In this document: in pieces, positions 8,006 through 12,633 of the stretch
Position numbering within the stretch: the stretch's first letter is position 1
Layout of the letters: the number at the start of each line of letters is the position of its first letter
DNA from: Candidatus Iainarchaeum sp.
GTDB taxonomy: Archaea; Iainarchaeota; Iainarchaeia; Iainarchaeales; JAZDDZ01
Direction: 5' to 3'
Assembly (NCBI GenBank): GCA_043809245.1
Contig: JAZDDZ010000021.1
Coordinates: forward strand, 1 to 12,633
Length of the DNA stretch: 12,633 nt
Notes under the pieces: generated by a model
Seen by the model: the letters and a program-made list of their open reading frames with translations, nothing else
Database searches by the model: none
What the model was told of the DNA's origin: nothing
Translations under genes and position numbers: made by a program

Positions 8006-8086
8006 ATGGCTGAAGAATTTAAAGGCAAAATTAAGGCAAGGCCATTTATTTGTTCAACACGCTTTTGGGACTGCGAGCCAGCTTAA
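8006..8086 (+). CDS. Possible 26-aa micropeptide MAEEFKGKIKARPFICSTRFWDCEPA
   Basis: ATG at 8006 to TAA at 8084-8086, downstream of a TTTAAATA box at 7949-7956. There is no clear SD, so this could instead be 5' UTR. Confidence 0.3.
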   Translation: MAEEFKGKIKARPFICSTRFWDCEPA

Positions 8087-8108
8087 GGGAATTGCAAGGG
8101 GTGTTTTT

Positions 8109-8231
8109 GTGGCGAAAAAGAAAAAAGCAATGAAGAAAAAAGAAGCCGATGAAGTTAGCGAAGAATCGGAATTGGAAAGCGATGATTCCGGTTACGGAAG
8201 CGAAGAAGAAGATTACAGCGGAGTCGAGTGA
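8109..8231 (+). CDS. 40-aa charge-bipartite peptide MAKKKKAMKKKEADEVSEESELESDDSGYGSEEEDYSGVE
   Basis: The GTG start at 8109 is preceded by SD-like GGGGTG (8098-8103). Codon usage is purine-rich and coding-like. The TGA stop (8229-8231) overlaps the SD-like GAGGCGA of the next gene. It is not in the ORF track. Confidence 0.6.
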   Translation: MAKKKKAMKKKEADEVSEESELESDDSGYGSEEEDYSGVE

Positions 8232-8240
8232 GGCGATAAT

Positions 8241-8429
8241 ATGGATTTGGGGATAAGGCAAAACAAGAAAAACACAGGTTACTCGGCAAGGGACAGGATT
8301 GAATACAGGTGCATGAACTGCGGCAAAACCATAATGGACCCGACAGGCAGCCATTACGCGAGAAGGTTCTGCAGCACGCAGTGCAAGGAAGAATACGTGA
8401 ACTCCGGCACTGCAACAGACTACAGGTAA
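8241..8429 (+). CDS. Small treble-clef zinc-finger protein (TRASH/MYM/L24e-like motif)
   Basis: 62 aa containing CMNCGKTI-x9-RFCSTQCKEEY, a CxxC...FCSxxC pattern. It has an SD-like GAGGCGA upstream and a terminator downstream. Confidence 0.8.
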   Translation: MDLGIRQNKKNTGYSARDRIEYRCMNCGKTIMDPTGSHYARRFCSTQCKEEYVNSGTATDYR

Positions 8430-8431
8430 GC

Positions 8432-8492
8432 CGCGGGAATTTTTTCCGCGCATTATTTTTTTCTGATTCTTTTTTTTGTTTTTTTAATTTTT
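8432..8492 (+). terminator. Hairpin plus long T-rich tract after the zinc-finger gene
   Basis: CGCGGGAA-TTT-TTTCCGCG stem (8432-8450), followed by several long T runs. Confidence 0.6.
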
Positions 8493-8552
8493 ATAAAAAA
8501 GTATGGGGGAAAAACTTAAATACACGAGCAGGGCATTGTTATTTGTGATGTT

Positions 8553-8771
8553 ATGAAAACTTTTACTTTGACCGCAATCATCCAGAAAGAAGACGGCATG
8601 TATGTGGCGAAATGCCCTGAAGTTGGAACCGTGAGCCAGGGGCACACAATAGAGGAAGCGCTTGCAAACCTTAAGGAAGCCACAGAATTATATGTGGAAG
8701 AATTTCCATTGAAGGACATACGGCATCCGCTTCTTACAAGTTTCGAGGTGGCTGAGGTTGCCACTGCTTAA
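8553..8771 (+). CDS. hicB: HicB-family antitoxin (short form, no C-terminal DNA-binding domain)
   Basis: 72 aa containing YVAKCPEVGTVSQGHTIEEALANLKEATELY, the characteristic HicB motif. It overlaps the hicA start. Confidence 0.93.
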   Translation: MKTFTLTAIIQKEDGMYVAKCPEVGTVSQGHTIEEALANLKEATELYVEEFPLKDIRHPLLTSFEVAEVATA

Positions 8772-8988
8772 AAAGATTTCAGGCAAGGAATGCGTAAAAA
8801 TACTTTGCAACAAATTCGGATTCTCAATTGCCCGCCGCAAAGGAAGCCATATTGTTTTGCGCAAGGAAACCGCCAGCGGGCCAATTGGAACTGTCGTTCC
8901 AAACCACCCTGAACTAAAGATTGGAACGCTTAAAGGACTTCTTGAATTGGCTAAAATAAAAGAAGCGGATTTTGCCGAATACCAGTAA
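8758..8988 (+). CDS. hicA: HicA-family mRNA interferase toxin
   Basis: 76 aa containing FGFSIARRKGSHIVLRK...VVPNHPELKIGTLKGLL, with the conserved GSH motif. The TTG start is preceded by SD GAGGTGG and overlaps hicB by 14 nt. Confidence 0.93.
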   Translation: MPLLKKISGKECVKILCNKFGFSIARRKGSHIVLRKETASGPIGTVVPNHPELKIGTLKGLLELAKIKEADFAEYQ

Positions 8989-9008
8989 TCACTGATTTAG
9001 CCTTTTTT

Positions 9009-9545
9009 TCAGAATGTGAAGAACACAAGGTAAATTATTCCCGTGAGAATCCAGGGGAAAGCGAAGAGAATCAGCGCCGATGCGATTGCAGTCATTACAA
9101 AAACGGAAATGTAAAGCCTTGCAAGCGAATGCCATTTGAATTTTTTTTCAATTGCCTCGGAGACAAATGCGCCAACGAATTCAAGCGGCAAAAGCACCAG
9201 GGAAACAACTAGCGCCTTTAAGAAAAAAAGCACAAGTGTTGCGGCTGCGAAAAAAACCGAGTCAAGGATTGTTTCGCTTATTACAGGCGGCGCAGTGCCC
9301 GCGGTCTGTTCGCCCAATGCGAAAAACCAGGGCTGAAGGTTTGCAAAGGCGATAAGCGCAAGGCAAATAATGAATGTCGCGGCGAAAACAGATTTCACCC
9401 AGCTGAGCCTGTATTTTCTTTTTAATTTTTCCTTGAGCCACATGCCGAAAAGCACGATTATGAATAACGGGATTGAGTTAATGAAGGACCCTTTCAGGAA
9501 TTCAAAAATTGACGCGAAAACAAGCCCCGCAATATTTTCAGCCAT
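9009..9545 (-). CDS. Hypothetical integral membrane protein (about 4-5 TM helices)
   Basis: 178 aa with hydrophobic segments separated by short Lys-rich loops (KEKLKRKYR, EKKFKW). Confidence 0.85.
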   Translation of the reverse strand: MAENIAGLVFASIFEFLKGSFINSIPLFIIVLFGMWLKEKLKRKYRLSWVKSVFAATFIICLALIAFANLQPWFFALGEQTAGTAPPVISETILDSVFFAAATLVLFFLKALVVSLVLLPLEFVGAFVSEAIEKKFKWHSLARLYISVFVMTAIASALILFAFPWILTGIIYLVFFTF

Positions 9546-9567
9546 GAAAAGAATATTTATTAAGTAG

Positions 9568-9577
9568 TATTTAAATA
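9568..9577. promoter_or_regulatory. Palindromic TATA box TATTTAAATA in a divergent promoter
   Basis: Perfect 10-bp palindrome that reads TTTAAATA on both strands. It is about 22 nt from the minus-strand ATG (9545) and lies upstream of SD GGCGGTGA (9608-9615) and the ATG at 9623. Confidence 0.55.
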
Positions 9578-9622
9578 TGTCTTATGCCCATTATTATTTT
9601 GAAATCGGGCGGTGAATTGTAA

Positions 9623-10681
9623 ATGAGCGAAACAACGCTTGCATTGACTGCGTTCGTGGTTTTTTACGTAATGCTCGGCGGAATCAGCATCGGCTATCTT
9701 TTCCTCAGGCTGGGGTGGAAAAAATCCAACTGGCTTGAAAAGGAAATGCGCGCAGGCGCGGGAATCCTAATCGGATTCATTTTCGGGGCGGCTTCAATCG
9801 GCGTCGGCCTGCTTTTCAGTTTTTTTAGCGAACTTGAATTCATTGAGGCAACTTTTGCGTCAATCGTAACGGTTTTTTTTTCAATGCTTGCCTTTCTCGC
9901 AATCAAAAGGGTAATGGAGCCAAAGCCCTTGGACGCCTCGGCTGCAAAAAAAGAGGAGCAAAAGGGATATGTAAGCGTGCATGGAATCGAGGCAAAAAAA
10001 CTCGAGGAAATCAAGGATGCACTGGAGAAAAAAATTTCGTTAAGGCAGATGCAGGGCCAGCCCGCGGTTAAATCCATGCCCGCGGATGAAAAGCCCGCGG
10101 AAGAAACAGGGGAAGGGGAAAAGAATGCTGCGGAAGAGAAAAATGAACAGGCAGAGGAATGGAATGCAGCGGAGGAAAATGAAGCGGTTGTTGAAGAGGT
10201 GCAGCCCGAAGAGCAGCAGTTTGAGCAGGACATAATAATCGAGGAACGGCAAAAGGATAATGGCCCGGGAAAAACTGAAAAAAAGGAAAGCTTTCCGGGA
10301 AAAAAACCGCGGGAAACCGAAGAAAAGCCAGCGGAAGAGCCTGAACCAAACCCGTTTGAGGAAGCAAAAGCGGAAAAGGAAGATGAAACCGGCAAAAAAG
10401 GCGAAGACGAGGAGATAACCGAGATTGGCGCAATTGACAAGGAACTGGATGAAATCACGGAAAAAGAAGAGAAAAAGCTGGGGAAAAAACCCGGGAAGCC
10501 GGAGGAAGGGGGAAAAAAAGAAGAGGCTGATGAAGATGATGAAACGCCCTCACAGGTAAGGGAAGACGCAGGGCGGATAGAGGTCGCGGGCGGCGAAGAT
10601 GAAAGCGAGCTTGAAAAAATGCTTAAGGAAAAGGACGAAAAAATAAGGAAGATAAAAAAAGCAATGGAGAAAGGGAAGTGA
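9623..10681 (+). CDS. Membrane protein with 3 N-terminal TM helices and a long Glu/Lys-rich disordered tail
   Basis: 352 aa with a strong SD. Three hydrophobic helices fall in the first ~95 aa, followed by a low-complexity acidic region and a C-terminal coiled-coil-like segment (ELEKMLKEKDEKIRKIKKAME). Confidence 0.88.
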   Translation: MSETTLALTAFVVFYVMLGGISIGYLFLRLGWKKSNWLEKEMRAGAGILIGFIFGAASIGVGLLFSFFSELEFIEATFASIVTVFFSMLAFLAIKRVMEPKPLDASAAKKEEQKGYVSVHGIEAKKLEEIKDALEKKISLRQMQGQPAVKSMPADEKPAEETGEGEKNAAEEKNEQAEEWNAAEENEAVVEEVQPEEQQFEQDIIIEERQKDNGPGKTEKKESFPGKKPRETEEKPAEEPEPNPFEEAKAEKEDETGKKGEDEEITEIGAIDKELDEITEKEEKKLGKKPGKPEEGGKKEEADEDDETPSQVREDAGRIEVAGGEDESELEKMLKEKDEKIRKIKKAMEKGK

Positions 10682-11533
10682 ATGCCTGAAGAAAAGGTGC
10701 CGCGAAGGCTCAAGCGGTTTTACAGGCAGCAGGAATCGCCGCGAACGCCTGTATCGCGTGAAACAAAAAAAATCCTCAAAGAAGGCGACGAGCTAAGCTC
10801 GGCTATTTACGGCCAGATGGAAAGCAAAAAGGAAGATACTAGAAAAAGAAAGGCAAAAGCGCTGGTTGAAAAAGAGGTAAAGAGCTTCAAGGAAAAAAAC
10901 AAGAGGCTGCCGAAAGAGGACGAGCTTGAAATTATTGCGGGAAACATTTTCGAGCAGCTGAAAAAAACCGAAGTGGATGAAGCGGTGCAGCCACAGGCGC
11001 CTTCAATCGTGCAGCAGTTTAAGGAAGAGAGCCACGGAGAGAAAAAAGGCGAAACGCCTTTCGAGCGAAGGATGAGGATGAGGGGCGAGAGGGCCGCTGC
11101 AACGCAGCTTAAAGATGTGAAAGCGCCTGAACAAAAAATGAGGCAGGCCGCAGTGCAGCCTAAAGCAGCTGCCGCGGGCCTGAGCGAAGAGGAGAAAAAA
11201 AAGCTAAGCGTGGCTGAGTTGTTTGGCGAGGAAAAAAAGGATAAAAAGAAGGGGCAGGAAGTGCCGGATGAAATAGACGAAGACGAGTCAATGGAAGAGC
11301 TTGAAAACCTAAGCATAGGGGAAGGCAGGGATTCAGGCATGGAACTTGAAAAAGGGGAATCAGCGGAAAATGCGTGCCCGAACTGCGGCGCAGAAACCGG
11401 TGAAAAAATTTTTTGCCCTGAGTGCGGCGAGGAATTCTGCGAAAAATGCAGCAAAGGCGTTGAAGTGCAGCAGGATGCAATAAGGTACACTTGCCCAAAG
11501 TGCGGAAAGACATTCAAGGTGAAAAAGGAGTGA
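10682..11533 (+). CDS. Charged, partly disordered protein with a C-terminal double zinc ribbon
   Basis: 283 aa with four CxxC motifs (CPNC, CPEC, CEKC, CPKC). The ATG directly abuts the upstream TGA. Confidence 0.88.
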   Translation: MPEEKVPRRLKRFYRQQESPRTPVSRETKKILKEGDELSSAIYGQMESKKEDTRKRKAKALVEKEVKSFKEKNKRLPKEDELEIIAGNIFEQLKKTEVDEAVQPQAPSIVQQFKEESHGEKKGETPFERRMRMRGERAAATQLKDVKAPEQKMRQAAVQPKAAAAGLSEEEKKKLSVAELFGEEKKDKKKGQEVPDEIDEDESMEELENLSIGEGRDSGMELEKGESAENACPNCGAETGEKIFCPECGEEFCEKCSKGVEVQQDAIRYTCPKCGKTFKVKKE

Positions 11534-12633
11534 AAGGAAAAGTACTGATTGCTGCGTTTATTTTCGCGCTCTTGTTCTGCGCTTCCGCTTACGCCGGGGT
11601 TTATGCAATCTCAAACGGAAACGTATACAAATTCAGTGAAGGCACTAATAGCTGGGTGAACCTAGGCAAGCCCGGGAACGGAGCCACAGTAATAAACGCA
11701 AAGGGAAGCACACTCATTGCAAGGGCTGGAACAGATATTTACGCTTATTCAAACGCAGCAGTATGGGAATTAAAGGGAAGCATGGGAAGCTCGCTTGGAG
11801 ACATTGATGCAATGTATGATTCCTCAATCGGGAGGGACAGATGGTATTCGCTTAACGGCAACACTGTTTACATGAATTCCACAGGAACTGCAAACGACTG
11901 GGCGAGCAGGGGCTCGCCGGGAGACGCCACAAGTGAAATTGAGGCAGGAAACGGCGATGACGTATTTGCGGTTGCGGCACCAAGTTATTCTGCATTTTCA
12001 TATTTAAATTCAGGCGGCACTGGCTGGACGGAAATCGGCAGGAACGATACTGTAAGCAAGCTTGATTCCTTTGGCGGAACCCTTGTTGGCGCTTACTTCT
12101 CCACAGCATACAAATACAATAACTCTTATGGATGGACTGACCTTGGAAGGCCAGCGGGATTTTTAACCACGGTTGCAGCAGTTGCAACTGACGGCTCAAT
12201 TTATTGGGCTTTGGCTGGCGGTGACGCTTACAGATATTCTTCAGGCTCTTGGCCAAATCTTGGGAACCCCGGAAGCAACATCAGTGAAATACATGCATTC
12301 AGCGGAAAGGTTTATGCAAGAAAAGGCTCTGACAACACGCTTTACAGGTATGACAGTTCATGGGTTCAGCTTGGAAGCCTTTCAGCGGTTACTGCTTTTT
12401 CCGCGGGGCCTGCAATCGCAAACCCCAACCAGCCTCCTGCGGCAACAAATGTGAATATAACACCAAGCCCAGCATATGACGCGAACACGCTTACATGCAA
12501 CTACACTTACACAGACCCCGAAGGAAACCCAGAGGGAACAAGCACATACAGATGGGCAAAAAACGGAACCTGGCAAACCGGACAAACAACAAAAACACTA
12601 AACGCAAACAACACAACAACAGGAGACAACTGG
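11530..12633 (+). CDS. Secreted/surface protein (3' truncated by the window): signal peptide, 7-repeat beta-propeller (tectonin/lectin-like) and an Ig-like domain
   Basis: Missing from the ORF track because there is no stop in the window. The GTG start overlaps the upstream TGA (GTGA) and the frame is open for 368 codons. It begins MKGKVLIAAFIFALLFCASAYA|GVYAISNGNVYKF. Seven W-x-x-x-G repeats follow (WVNLG, WELKG, WASRG, WTEIG, WTDLG, WPNLG, WVQLG), then NQPPAATNVNITPSPAYDANTLTCNYTYTDPEGNPEGTSTYRWAKNG. Confidence 0.9.
   Translation, partial: MKGKVLIAAFIFALLFCASAYAGVYAISNGNVYKFSEGTNSWVNLGKPGNGATVINAKGSTLIARAGTDIYAYSNAAVWELKGSMGSSLGDIDAMYDSSIGRDRWYSLNGNTVYMNSTGTANDWASRGSPGDATSEIEAGNGDDVFAVAAPSYSAFSYLNSGGTGWTEIGRNDTVSKLDSFGGTLVGAYFSTAYKYNNSYGWTDLGRPAGFLTTVAAVATDGSIYWALAGGDAYRYSSGSWPNLGNPGSNISEIHAFSGKVYARKGSDNTLYRYDSSWVQLGSLSAVTAFSAGPAIANPNQPPAATNVNITPSPAYDANTLTCNYTYTDPEGNPEGTSTYRWAKNGTWQTGQTTKTLNANNTTTGDNW

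Noticed and set aside
8241-8429. Zinc finger as ribosomal protein L24e
   Set aside because: It shares CxxC...FCSxxC but lacks the L24e-specific PG.G and NPRK..WT segments, and the spacing is shorter.
8488-8499. TTTTTATAAAAA palindrome as a hicBA operator
   Set aside because: It is low-complexity AT sequence at a terminator/promoter junction, and this HicB lacks a DNA-binding domain.
8046-8764. ORFs 8046-8453(-), 8155-8415(-), 8309-8548(+) and 8516-8764(-)
   Set aside because: They overlap better-supported plus-strand genes (SD-bearing small ORFs, the zinc finger, hicB) or run through the terminator T-tract.
9694-11517. Long antisense ORFs 9694-10713 (339 aa) and 10807-11517 (236 aa)
   Set aside because: These are Ser/Phe-rich mirror translations of the Glu/Lys-rich sense genes. 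GAA/AAA-rich codons rarely generate antisense stops.
11852-12585. Tracked ORFs 11852-12256(-), 12173-12454(+) and 12382-12585(-)
   Set aside because: All lie inside the untracked open frame 11530->12633, which has a signal peptide and a coherent repeat structure.
12480-12633. AAC-rich tract as a diversity-generating retroelement template repeat
   Set aside because: No matching variable repeat differing at adenines and no reverse transcriptase is visible in the window. The tract is in-frame coding sequence.

Overview
This is an archaeal genomic window, most consistent with a DPANN lineage such as Iainarchaeota/Diapherotrites. That assignment is inferred from TATA-type promoters, GGTGA/GAGG-type Shine-Dalgarno (SD) sites, a PAC2 proteasome chaperone and Cys-rich surface proteins. 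The left edge (1-400) has no entries in the ORF track but is the most structured part. It holds a probable IS200/IS605-type element end with two hairpins, which interrupts a DUF3800-like gene. Only the 3' 50 codons of that gene lie in the window. Next to it is a ~70-nt convergent hairpin RNA with its own BRE/TATA promoter and oligo-T terminator. Then come a modular membrane-anchored surface protein, a PAC2-family chaperone ending in HbYX, a basic ORFan, and a 1503-aa secreted protein with a C-terminal anchor. These are followed by a cluster of very small ORFs including a treble-clef zinc finger, a hicB-hicA toxin-antitoxin pair, and a membrane protein. The window ends in a coupled three-gene run: a membrane protein with an acidic tail, a double zinc-ribbon protein, and an untracked secreted 7-repeat beta-propeller plus Ig-like protein that runs off the right edge. 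All family assignments come from motif recognition by eye; no database searches were run.
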